A stretch of 32,000 bases of DNA, taken from positions 856,244 through 888,243 of the forward strand of contig NZ_AP019735.1 of the NCBI RefSeq assembly GCF_006542665.1, in the 5' to 3' direction. Positions 18,903 to 26,526 of this stretch are shown in pieces. The stretch is from Alistipes communis. GTDB lineage: Bacteria; Bacteroidota; Bacteroidia; Bacteroidales; Rikenellaceae. The stretch's first letter is position 1. Every line of letters starts with the position of its first letter. The notes beneath the pieces are model-generated. The model was not told the DNA's origin and did no database searches. It saw nothing but the letters and a program-made list of their open reading frames with translations. A program made the position numbers and the translations under genes.

Positions 18903-20156
18903 CTATCGTTTGGAGGTTACTTCGGCTTCGTAGCGCTGGACGTCGGCGATGAACTCCTCGCCCACCGGCACGTCGTTTTTCAGGCAGAACATGTCCCACA
19001 CGGCGTTCCACGGCAGCGACTTCGACTCTTCGAGCAGCGCCAGACGCTCGAAGCCCTGTCCGTCGGCCTCGTACGCACGCAGCTTGGCCAGCGGTTCCAG
19101 CAACGCCTGCATCATGCACTTCTGCGTGGCGCGCGAACCGATCACGTAGGCGCCGATGCGGTTGATCGAAGCGTCGAAATAGTCCAGACCGATGTGCACC
19201 CTATCGAGCGCGTCGCAGCGCACGATCTCCTTGCACAGCTCCAACGTATCGTCGTTCATGATCGTCACGTGGTCCGAATCCCAGCGCACGGGACGCGAGA
19301 CGTGGAGCATCACCTCGGGCGTGAAGAGCAGCAGCGACGAGAGTTTGTCGGCCACCAGCTCCGTGGGGTGGAAGTGGCCCGTGTCGAGCGTGACGATCTT
19401 GCCGCGGCTGGCGCCGTAGCCGATGTAGAAATCGTTGCTGCCCACCGTATAGCTCTCCAAACCGATGCCGAAGACCTTCGACTCGATGCAGTCCTTCATG
19501 TGGTCGTACTTCTGCTCGAAGATCCGGTCGAGCGAGTCGCGCAGCAGTTCGCGGTAGAGCATCCGATTCACCGTCAGGTCTTTCGACCCGTCGTGAACCC
19601 ACAGGTTCATGATACAGGGATCGCCCTGCGCCTCGCCCATCGCTTCGGCGATGGCGCGGCAGCGCCTGGTGTGCTCGATCCAGAACTCGCGGATCTCGGG
19701 ATCGGGGTTGGAGAGCGAAAGCGAGCCGCTCTTGGGGTGCGAGAACGACGTGGAGTTGAAGTCGAGCTTCATGCCGTGGGCGCGCGCCCACTCGATCCAT
19801 CCCGCGAAATGTTTCACCTCCACCTCGTTGCGGTCGACCTTCTCGCCGCCGAACTCGCCGTAGATCTCGTGCAGGTTCAGACGGTGCGTGCCGGGAATGT
19901 AACTGGCGGCTTTGAGGATGTCGGCGCGCAGCTCCTCGACGTTGCGTGCCTTGCCCGGATAGTTGCCCGTAGCCTGAATGCCGCCCGTCAGCTCGCCGCC
20001 CCGATTCTCGAATCCGGTGACGTCGTCCGCCTGCCAGCAGTGCAGCGACAGGCTGACGCGCTGCAATTTTTCCAGGGCTTCGTCGGTATCGACTCCGACG
20101 GCCGCATACCGCTCGCGAGCGATGCGGTAAGCCTCTTCGATCAATTGGGTCTTCAT
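18903..20156 (-). CDS. rhaA: L-rhamnose isomerase
   Basis: 417 aa: MKTQLIEEAYRIARERYAAVGVDTDEALEKLQRVSLSLHCWQADDVTGFE... Canonical RhaA. Confidence 0.93.
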   Translation of the reverse strand: MKTQLIEEAYRIARERYAAVGVDTDEALEKLQRVSLSLHCWQADDVTGFENRGGELTGGIQATGNYPGKARNVEELRADILKAASYIPGTHRLNLHEIYGEFGGEKVDRNEVEVKHFAGWIEWARAHGMKLDFNSTSFSHPKSGSLSLSNPDPEIREFWIEHTRRCRAIAEAMGEAQGDPCIMNLWVHDGSKDLTVNRMLYRELLRDSLDRIFEQKYDHMKDCIESKVFGIGLESYTVGSNDFYIGYGASRGKIVTLDTGHFHPTELVADKLSSLLLFTPEVMLHVSRPVRWDSDHVTIMNDDTLELCKEIVRCDALDRVHIGLDYFDASINRIGAYVIGSRATQKCMMQALLEPLAKLRAYEADGQGFERLALLEESKSLPWNAVWDMFCLKNDVPVGEEFIADVQRYEAEVTSKR

Positions 20157-20182
20157 CGTTTCAATGTATTTTTAGTTAAGAT

Positions 20183-21607
20183 TCATTTCGTTCGCGGCAG
20201 AAACTCCCTGACCTCCACCGAGCGGCGGATGTAGTCGCGCATCCGGGCGAGCGACCCCACCAGCCCCAGCGCACGCGCCTGCACCATGACGTTGCCAATG
20301 GCCGTCGCCTCCGACGGGCCGGCCACGACGGGAATCCCGCAGGCGTCGGCCGTAAGCTGGTTCAGCAAATCGTTCTGCGCGCCGCCGCCGATCACGTGCA
20401 ACCGCTCGATGGCGAAGGGCGCCACGCCGCGCAAGTTGCCCAGCACCTCGCCGTAGCGGGCGGCCAGGCTCTCGAAGATGCAGCGCACGAGCGCCGCATC
20501 GTCCGCCGGCGGGACCTTGCCCCGGCCGCGGCACCAGTCGCGGATCGCCGCCGGCATGTCGGCCGGATGCGCGAAGGCCTCGTCGTCGGGATCGATGCGC
20601 GTCCGGCCCGGCTCGGCGGCGGCAGCCATGGCCATGATCTCGGCGTAGGTATAGGTACGCCCCTCCTTCGCCCAGATGCGGCGGCACTCCTCCAACAACC
20701 ACATGCCGGTGATGTTTTTCAGGAACCGCGTCGTACCGTCCACGCCGCCCTCGTTGGTGAAGTTCATCGCGCACGACTCCTCCGTGATGACCGGAGCGGG
20801 CAACTCGATGCCCATGAGCGACCACGTGCCCGACGAGAGATAGGCGAAGCGCTCGTCGGCAGCGGGCACGGCGGCGATGGCCGAAGCGGTATCGTGTCCC
20901 GCCACGGCGAAGACCTCCACACGCCCCAGTCCCGTGCGGCGAGCCACCTCGTCGCGCAGCACGCCGACACGCTCGCCGGGCATCACCCGTCGGGCGAACA
21001 GCGATGCGTCGACGCCGGCCGCACGCAACAGCTCCCCGTCCAGCTCCCGCGTGCGGGGATTCATCAGCTGCGAGGTGGAGAGGATCGTATATTCGCACAC
21101 CTGTTCGCCCGTAAGCAGGTACGACAGCGCATCGGGCATGAAGAGCACATGCTCGGCGGCCGCCAGCGCGGGGTTGTGCTCGCGGTTGAGTGCGTAGAGT
21201 TGGTAGAGCGAATTGAAATTCATCACCTGAATGCCCGTCTTCGCATAGACGCTTTCGCGAGGCACCGTACGGAAAAACTCTTCCGGCACTCCGTCGGTAT
21301 AGGGATCGCGGTAGGCGCGCGGAAGCCCCAGCAGATCGCCGTCGGGATCCACGCAGGCGAAATCGACGCCCCACGTATCGATGCCGATCGAGTCGATCCG
21401 TTCGCCGCGGCCGCCCGCGACGCTCAATCCCCTCAGAATCTCCTCGTAGAGGGCGTGAATGTCCCAATAGAAGCGGCCGTCGATCTCCCGCATACGGTTC
21501 GGGAAACGGTGCAGCTCCTCCATTCGGAGCCGGTCGCCCCCCGCACGGGCCAGAATCACCCGGCCGCTGGTAGCGCCCAGGTCGACACCGATTATATTTT
21601 TTTGCAT
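20183..21607 (-). CDS. rhaB: Rhamnulokinase (FGGY carbohydrate kinase)
   Basis: 474 aa: MQKNIIGVDLGATSGRVILA...IDTWGVDF...HVIGGGAQNDLLNQLTADACGIPVVAGPSEATAIGN. Confidence 0.92.
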   Translation of the reverse strand: MQKNIIGVDLGATSGRVILARAGGDRLRMEELHRFPNRMREIDGRFYWDIHALYEEILRGLSVAGGRGERIDSIGIDTWGVDFACVDPDGDLLGLPRAYRDPYTDGVPEEFFRTVPRESVYAKTGIQVMNFNSLYQLYALNREHNPALAAAEHVLFMPDALSYLLTGEQVCEYTILSTSQLMNPRTRELDGELLRAAGVDASLFARRVMPGERVGVLRDEVARRTGLGRVEVFAVAGHDTASAIAAVPAADERFAYLSSGTWSLMGIELPAPVITEESCAMNFTNEGGVDGTTRFLKNITGMWLLEECRRIWAKEGRTYTYAEIMAMAAAAEPGRTRIDPDDEAFAHPADMPAAIRDWCRGRGKVPPADDAALVRCIFESLAARYGEVLGNLRGVAPFAIERLHVIGGGAQNDLLNQLTADACGIPVVAGPSEATAIGNVMVQARALGLVGSLARMRDYIRRSVEVREFLPRTK

Positions 21608-21717
21608 AACGTGAAAAAGCGGTTTGAGGTTAGAGTCTTTATTTGATACAAAAATACCGAAGAAAGTATTATCTTTGTTATAACATTTGACAAATTACTT
21701 TTCAAATCTGACACGTT
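21608..21717. promoter_or_regulatory. Divergent rhaB / rhaR control region with back-to-back -7 boxes and a candidate AraC-type direct-repeat operator
   Basis: TATCTTTG on plus at 21670-21677 serves rhaR. TATTTTTG on minus (plus 21649-21656) serves rhaB. Neither has a well-spaced -33 TTTG. TTGACA (21687-21692) and CTGACA (21708-21713) are direct repeats 21 bp apart. Confidence 0.5.
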
Positions 21718-22608
21718 ATGGGCTCTTTCCCGCAAAGCATCGTCCACTACCTGCCCGTCACCGACCACGACGAGCGGTGGGGCATCGTCTGCACCACGGC
21801 GGGGTACCAGAACGTTCCGCCCGGCAGCCCCTATCCCCTGACGCAGCATCCCGACAGCTACTCGTTCACCCGCTCGCGGGGGCGCGTGCTCGGCGAATAC
21901 CAACTGCTCTACATCGTCTCGGGACAGGGCGAATTCCGCTCGGCCTCCTCGCCCGCCGCGCCCGTGAAAGCCGGCACGGTGGTGATGCTCTTCCCCGACG
22001 AATGGCACACCTACGCACCCGACCCCGAAACGGGCTGGGAGGAGTGGTGGGTGGGATTCCGCGGCGAAAACATCGACCGCCGCGTGGCGGAAGGCTTCTT
22101 TTCGCCGAAGACGCCGCTGCTGCATATCGGCCACAGCGCCGGCATCGTGAGCTGTTATCAGGAGATCATCCGCTCGGCCGAGGAGGAGCGCAAAGGCTTC
22201 CAGCAGCTCGTCACGGGCATCGTGCTTCACCTGCTGGGTTCGGTGCTCTTCAAACGCGACAACCTGCAATACCTCGACAACCCGATCGTCGAGAAGATCA
22301 ACCGCGCCCGCGAAATGATGCGCCGCCACATCGGCGACAACCTCCCGCCCGAAGAGATCGCGCGGCGGCTCAACATCGGCTACACGTGGTTCCGCCGTAC
22401 GTTCCGCGCCTACGTGGGCATCGCCCCGGCGCAATACCAGTTGCAACTGCGCCACAACAAGGCCCGGGAGCTGCTCACCACGACCGACCGCACCGTTTCG
22501 GAGATCGCCGCCGAGCTGGGATTCGAGAACGTCAGCCAGTTTTCGGCCTTCTTCCGGCAGCGCGAAAAGATCACCGCCACGCAGTACCGCAGCAAATACG
22601 GATTCTGA
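21718..22608 (+). CDS. rhaR: AraC/XylS family transcriptional regulator of rhamnose utilisation
   Basis: 296 aa. N-terminal cupin-type sugar-binding domain and C-terminal double HTH (ARRLNIGYTWFRRTFRAYVGIAPAQYQLQLRHNKARELLTTTDRTVSEIAAELGFENVSQFSAFFRQ). Divergent from the rha operon, as in Bacteroides. Confidence 0.88.
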   Translation: MGSFPQSIVHYLPVTDHDERWGIVCTTAGYQNVPPGSPYPLTQHPDSYSFTRSRGRVLGEYQLLYIVSGQGEFRSASSPAAPVKAGTVVMLFPDEWHTYAPDPETGWEEWWVGFRGENIDRRVAEGFFSPKTPLLHIGHSAGIVSCYQEIIRSAEEERKGFQQLVTGIVLHLLGSVLFKRDNLQYLDNPIVEKINRAREMMRRHIGDNLPPEEIARRLNIGYTWFRRTFRAYVGIAPAQYQLQLRHNKARELLTTTDRTVSEIAAELGFENVSQFSAFFRQREKITATQYRSKYGF

Positions 22609-22877
22609 CCGCAGCAGGCGACCGCTTTTCGGCAAGCGCATCTCAGCACCTTCCGTCGAAAAGGGGTACCGAAGACCGCGAGGCGAAAATGCGCGGGAAT
22701 TCGCCGCGCACCTCGCAGAACGATCACGAAAGACTGCGCCGTTGCGGCGCAAAGGATTGCGCAGCTTCGACTACGGCGGCTCGGAAAAGTCCGCGAACGG
22801 CCTCTGCGCTCGCCTGCTGAACGTCGTTTTGCGCCCGCTCAGTGAGAACCGCTGTCCGATCCCGACGGAGGTGCCCT

Positions 22878-22921
22878 GCGGACACTTTTGGCACCGCCTT
22901 TCGGTGACAAAAGGCGGTAAA
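22878..22921 (+). repeat. Repeat H-module, copy 2 (hairpin ACCGCCTTT / AAAGGCGGT)
   Basis: GCGGACACTTTTGGCACCGCCTTTCGGTGACAAAAGGCGGTAAA. The stem is 22893-22901 with 22910-22918. It differs from copy 1 only at two positions, and those two positions pair with each other. Confidence 0.85.
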
Positions 22922-22945
22922 TGCGATCGGCTGCAATCGAAGAGC

Positions 22946-23057
22946 GGCCGCGGACTGACAAAGGAAAATCGTACTTTGGCTGCGCCGTAGATACTCCGTC
23001 TCGGCAAAAAGCAAATAAAATTTGCTTTTGCCCTCGGCTTAATCGTATCTTTGCCGC
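22946..23057 (+). repeat. Composite repeat copy 2: S-block plus a single P-module ending in a promoter
   Basis: 22946-23009 matches 12495-12558 at 61 of 64 positions. The P-module hairpin at 23003-23032 reads GGCAAAA A GCAAAT AAA ATTTGC TTTTGCC. TTTGCTTTTGCCCTCGGCTT is identical to 12656-12675. Confidence 0.85.
23021..23053 (+). promoter_or_regulatory. Consensus promoter embedded in the repeat, driving L-serine dehydratase
   Basis: TTTG 23021-23024, a 21-nt spacer, TATCTTTG 23046-23053. The ATG follows at 23058, 4 nt after the box. Confidence 0.6.
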
Positions 23058-24266
23058 ATGAAAAGCATCAAAGAACTCTATCGTATCGGCACCGGCCCTT
23101 CGAGCAGCCACACCATGGCGCCCCGCCGCGCCGCCGAACAGTTCCTCGCACGCCATCCCGAAGCGGCGGCGTTCCGCGTGACGCTCTACGGAAGCCTCGC
23201 CGCGACGGGCCGCGGCCACATGACCGACCGTGCCATTATCGACACGCTGCTGCCGACCGCCCCCGTCGACATCGTGTGGCAGGCACGCGAGTTCCTTCCC
23301 TTCCATCCCAACGGAATGCGTTTCCAGGCGCTCGACACCGCCGGCACCCCCACCGACACATGGACGGTTTACAGCATCGGCGGCGGCGAGCTGGCCGAAG
23401 AGGGCGTACCGCCGCGGCAGGCGGAGGAGATTTACGAAATGAACACGCTCGACGAAATCCTCGCCTGGTGCCGCCGCACGGGCCGCACCTATTGGGAATA
23501 TGTCGAGGAGTGCGAGTCGGACGACATCTGGGACTACCTGGCCGAAATCTGGCAGGCGATGCGCGAAAGCGTCGAGCGGGGGCTTGACCACGAAGGCGTC
23601 CTGCCCGGTCCGCTGCACCTCACGCGCCGCGCCGCGACCTACCACGTGCGCGCTTCGGGCTACAAGCAGAGCCTTCAATCGCGCGGTCTGGTCTTCGCCT
23701 ACGCATTGGCCGTAGCCGAAGAGAACGCTTCGGGCGGACGGATCGTAACGGCCCCGACCTGCGGGTCGAGCGGTGTGGTGCCGGCCGTGTTGTACCATCT
23801 TCAAAAGAGCCGCGGTTTCTCCGACGCACGCATCTACCGCGCGTTGGCCACGGCCGGCCTGTTCGGCAACGTCGTCAAACACAACGCCTCGATCTCGGGC
23901 GCCGAGGTGGGTTGCCAGGGCGAGGTGGGCGTCGCCTGCGCCATGGCGGCCGCCGCAGCCAACCAGCTTTTCGGAGGCAGCCCCTCGCAGATCGAGTATG
24001 CCGCCGAAATGGGGCTCGAACACCATCTGGGCATGACCTGCGATCCCGTATGCGGACTGGTGCAGATCCCCTGCATCGAACGCAACGCCTACGCTGCGGC
24101 CCGCGCGCTCGACGCCAACCTCTATTCGGCCTTCACCGACGGCGGACACCGCGTCTCGTTCGACCGCGTGGTCGAGGTGATGAAACAGACGGGGCACGAC
24201 CTTCCCTCGATCTACAAGGAGACGGGCGAGGGCGGACTGGCACGGGAGTACGATCCCGACAAGTAA
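23058..24266 (+). CDS. sdaA: L-serine ammonia-lyase (iron-sulfur dependent, single-chain)
   Basis: 402 aa: MKSIKELYRIGTGPSSSHTMAP..., APTCGSSGVVPAVL, GCQGEVGVACAMAAA, DPVCGLVQIPCIERNA. Conserved Cys ligands and family motifs. Confidence 0.92.
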   Translation: MKSIKELYRIGTGPSSSHTMAPRRAAEQFLARHPEAAAFRVTLYGSLAATGRGHMTDRAIIDTLLPTAPVDIVWQAREFLPFHPNGMRFQALDTAGTPTDTWTVYSIGGGELAEEGVPPRQAEEIYEMNTLDEILAWCRRTGRTYWEYVEECESDDIWDYLAEIWQAMRESVERGLDHEGVLPGPLHLTRRAATYHVRASGYKQSLQSRGLVFAYALAVAEENASGGRIVTAPTCGSSGVVPAVLYHLQKSRGFSDARIYRALATAGLFGNVVKHNASISGAEVGCQGEVGVACAMAAAAANQLFGGSPSQIEYAAEMGLEHHLGMTCDPVCGLVQIPCIERNAYAAARALDANLYSAFTDGGHRVSFDRVVEVMKQTGHDLPSIYKETGEGGLAREYDPDK

Positions 24267-24270
24267 CAAT

Positions 24271-24304
24271 GCGGGGCGGAACTCTCGACAGAGTTCCGCC
24301 CTGC
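24271..24304. terminator. Shared hairpin between the convergent sdaA and DHOD-like genes
   Basis: Perfect 12-bp stem, GGGCGGAACTCT (24274-24285) with AGAGTTCCGCCC (24290-24301), loop CGAC. It is extendable by 3 more pairs. Flanking T-tracts are weak on both strands. Confidence 0.55.
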
Positions 24305-24321
24305 TGCCTTGTCCGAAAAAA

Positions 24322-25296
24322 TCAATCCTTTCCGGGGAAATACTTCATGTACTGCACGCGCTGGAAAAACTCCGAGTCGCTCTTGCCGAAACCGAGCCGG
24401 CCCTTGAATTCGTCGAGCGCCGTGATGCCGTGACGCGCCGCCCAGGCGTCGATCCACTCATTCATGCGCGCGATCACATCGAAACCTTCGCGGTGGATCG
24501 CCGTGCAGACCTCGACGGCCGCAGCACCGCAAAGAAGCGCCTTGACCGCCGCCTCGCCGTCGTGCACGCCCGTCGAAACGGCGAAATCCATACGCGGCAG
24601 CGCACCGACGCAGATCGCCGTCGTGCGCAATACGTTGCGCAACTCCGACGCTTCGCTGTAAGGCGACCCTTCGACGAAGGTCATCCGCTCGACATCCACG
24701 TCCGGTTCGAAGAAACGGTTGAACAGCACCGCACCCTTCACCCCGACGCTCTCCAACGCGGCAGCCATCGCCACGACGTTCGTGAAACGCATCGCGAGTT
24801 TGACCGAAACGGGAATCTTCACCTCGGCGCAGACACGCTGGGCGATCGTCACATAGAGCCGTTCGAGCTCCTGCGACGAACGTGCGGCGTCGACGGGCTG
24901 GATGAAGATGTTCAGTTCGAGCGCCGAGGCTCCGGCCCGAGCCATCGCGGCGGCGTATTCGATCCACTCTTCGCCCGCGGCCACGCAGTTGATGCTGGCG
25001 ATGACGGGAATCCGCGTCGCACGCCGCGCATCGGCGATCAGTTGCAGAAATCCCGCTTTGTAATCCTCGCCCAGATAACGTTGCAGATAGTCGCCCGCAT
25101 CGCCGTAGGGCGAATCGGAATATTGTTCGAGCGAAGCGGCGTGGTGCAGGATCTGCTCCTCGAAGATCGATTTCAGAACCACCGCGCCCGCTCCGGCGGC
25201 GGCGCACTTCTCGATATTGGCGAGCGTCGCCGTATAGGGCGAACTGCTCACGACGATCGGGCTGTCGAGTTCCAGTCCGAGATAGGTAGCTTTCAT
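24322..25296 (-). CDS. Dihydroorotate dehydrogenase-like protein (TIM-barrel flavoprotein family, function uncertain)
   Basis: The track ORF 24322..25836 is over-extended. The real start is ATG 25296 (MKATYLGLELDSPIVVSSSPYTATLANIEKCAAAGAGAVVLKSIFEEQ...), giving 324 aa. Class-1 DHOD-like pattern, including NRFFEPDVD and the STGVHDGEAAVKALLCGAAAVEVCTA C-terminal phosphate-binding region. Confidence 0.8.
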   Translation of the reverse strand: MKATYLGLELDSPIVVSSSPYTATLANIEKCAAAGAGAVVLKSIFEEQILHHAASLEQYSDSPYGDAGDYLQRYLGEDYKAGFLQLIADARRATRIPVIASINCVAAGEEWIEYAAAMARAGASALELNIFIQPVDAARSSQELERLYVTIAQRVCAEVKIPVSVKLAMRFTNVVAMAAALESVGVKGAVLFNRFFEPDVDVERMTFVEGSPYSEASELRNVLRTTAICVGALPRMDFAVSTGVHDGEAAVKALLCGAAAVEVCTAIHREGFDVIARMNEWIDAWAARHGITALDEFKGRLGFGKSDSEFFQRVQYMKYFPGKD

Positions 25297-25330
25297 GGGC
25301 TTATGCTGTTGCTGTTTGATTTCGACCCTC

Positions 25331-25362
25331 CAAAGGTAGCGATTCGCCCCCGCATTTCCAAA
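25331..25362 (-). promoter_or_regulatory. Consensus promoter for the DHOD-like gene
   Basis: Minus strand: TTTG (plus 25359-25362), a 20-nt spacer, TACCTTTG (plus 25331-25338). Leader of about 30 nt to the ATG at 25296. Confidence 0.55.
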
Positions 25363-25546
25363 TACCACCTCTAAAAACCGCGGCAGCCAGCCGATGTTCC
25401 GTATCGACATGTTCAGCAGGCACGCTCCTGAGTCGGTCCGACTGCGACCGGACAAATACCTTCCCCCGAAAACAGCACTACACGCTGATTCCGGGGGAGG
25501 CCGGGTGTTGGAGCCCGAGAAAAGAAGATTAGAGAGAGAGTATTGT

Positions 25547-26323
25547 TTAACCAAACAGTTCGTTGAGCACCTTAGCCAGCCGGTACGAAGCCTTGATGAG
25601 CTGGTGATCCAACAAACCGATCGCTTTGTTGCAGAAGGACAGGCCCAACTTGTCGCCGGGTGCGGCCCAGTCGTAGATGACCGCACACTCGCGCCGGCTC
25701 TCGGCGAACCAGTCGTCGGGCGTACCGGCAGCCAATGCTTCCCGCTCCCGCCGTGAATAACGGTCGAGCTGGTGTTTGTATTCCATGTAGCCCCAGCGGT
25801 GCTTGCGGTCGAGGATACCGCCGTCGAAGAGTGCATGGTACTGCGTATCGACGCCGTAGAAGAGCACGCGCATACGGCTCTGCTGGTAGTTGACGTGCGA
25901 CGGACAGTGCATGTCGCCTACCAGATGGATCACGTAGCGCAGGTTGACCACGACGGTCGAATCGTCGAGATTACGGTAATCCCTCAACCGTTCGATCGCA
26001 CGGTTCAGTTCACGCAGCACATTGGGTTCGAGTGGGTTGCCGGCGGCATCCTTCGTGGGTTCGCCCTTGCCGTAATCCACGTGCCACCAGTTGGTCATCT
26101 CGTAACCGGGTTCGGCACGGTAGTCGTCCATCCACGACGCGTCGTAGACGATCGAATGGCCCAGATACCGTTCGATCACGGCTTTCGCACGTTTGGTCAG
26201 ATGCGTCTCGGCGATGTAGGCCACGGCGTCGTGGCCCGACTTGCCCCACGCCAGCGCACTCTGCACGAAGCAGAGCGCCGCAAACGCGAGCAACAACGTT
26301 TTTTTCATAACGGGGTTCTTCAT
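25547..26323 (-). CDS. S1/P1 family zinc nuclease, secreted
   Basis: 258 aa. Signal peptide ending ...SALA, then WGKSGHDAVAYIAETHL with the mature N-terminal Trp typical of P1 nuclease. Also HLVGDMHCPSH and WHVDY motifs. An alternative start (MKKTLLL) lies at 26308. Confidence 0.85.
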   Translation of the reverse strand: MKNPVMKKTLLLAFAALCFVQSALAWGKSGHDAVAYIAETHLTKRAKAVIERYLGHSIVYDASWMDDYRAEPGYEMTNWWHVDYGKGEPTKDAAGNPLEPNVLRELNRAIERLRDYRNLDDSTVVVNLRYVIHLVGDMHCPSHVNYQQSRMRVLFYGVDTQYHALFDGGILDRKHRWGYMEYKHQLDRYSRREREALAAGTPDDWFAESRRECAVIYDWAAPGDKLGLSFCNKAIGLLDHQLIKASYRLAKVLNELFG

Positions 26324-26385
26324 AGTTATCGGTTATCGTTCTTCACCCCGCCCGCCGCCGTTCTCCGACGGCGGCGCGGGCAGGA

Positions 26386-26505
26386 CAAAGATTAGGAAAA
26401 GTCGAATACAGAAGCAGCTAAGGCAAAGATAGCAAAAGTCGAGCGCAGAAGCAAGCGTCAGCTTGATTATGCCGAGACGAAGTATCTAAGGCCAAGCCAA
26501 AAATA
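26386..26505 (-). repeat. Diverged third copy of the P-module (minus orientation) with three tandem -7-like boxes upstream of the nuclease gene
   Basis: The minus strand of 26421-26488 reads TAGATACTTCGTCTCGGCATAATCAAGCTGACGCTTGCTTCTGCGCTCGACTTTTGCTATCTTTGCC. Compare TAGATACTCCGTCTCGGCAAAA...TATCTTTGCC at 22988-23055. The boxes are TAATCTTTG (plus 26386-26394), TATCTTTG (26424-26431) and TATTTTTG (26498-26505). Each is preceded by TTTTGC or TTTTCC. Confidence 0.65.
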
Positions 26506-26526
26506 GCAAAATGTCGCAGCCGACCG

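Noticed and set aside
22839-24269. 476-aa minus-strand ORF opposite L-serine dehydratase, and several 60-180-aa ORFs in the same span.
   Set aside because: They are antisense or alternative frames of a clear SdaA. No motifs are present. High-GC shadow ORFs.
25528-25541. Short (AG)n microsatellite just after the nuclease stop codon as a phase-variation tract.
   Set aside because: It has only about five units. It lies outside coding and promoter sequence, downstream of the stop, so slippage would have no obvious consequence.
24322-25836. 504-aa ORF extending the DHOD-like gene upstream into the nuclease gene.
   Set aside because: DHOD-like similarity begins at MKATYLGLELDSPIVV (ATG 25296), and a consensus promoter lies at 25331-25362. 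The upstream extension overlaps the S1/P1 nuclease 3' end in another frame.
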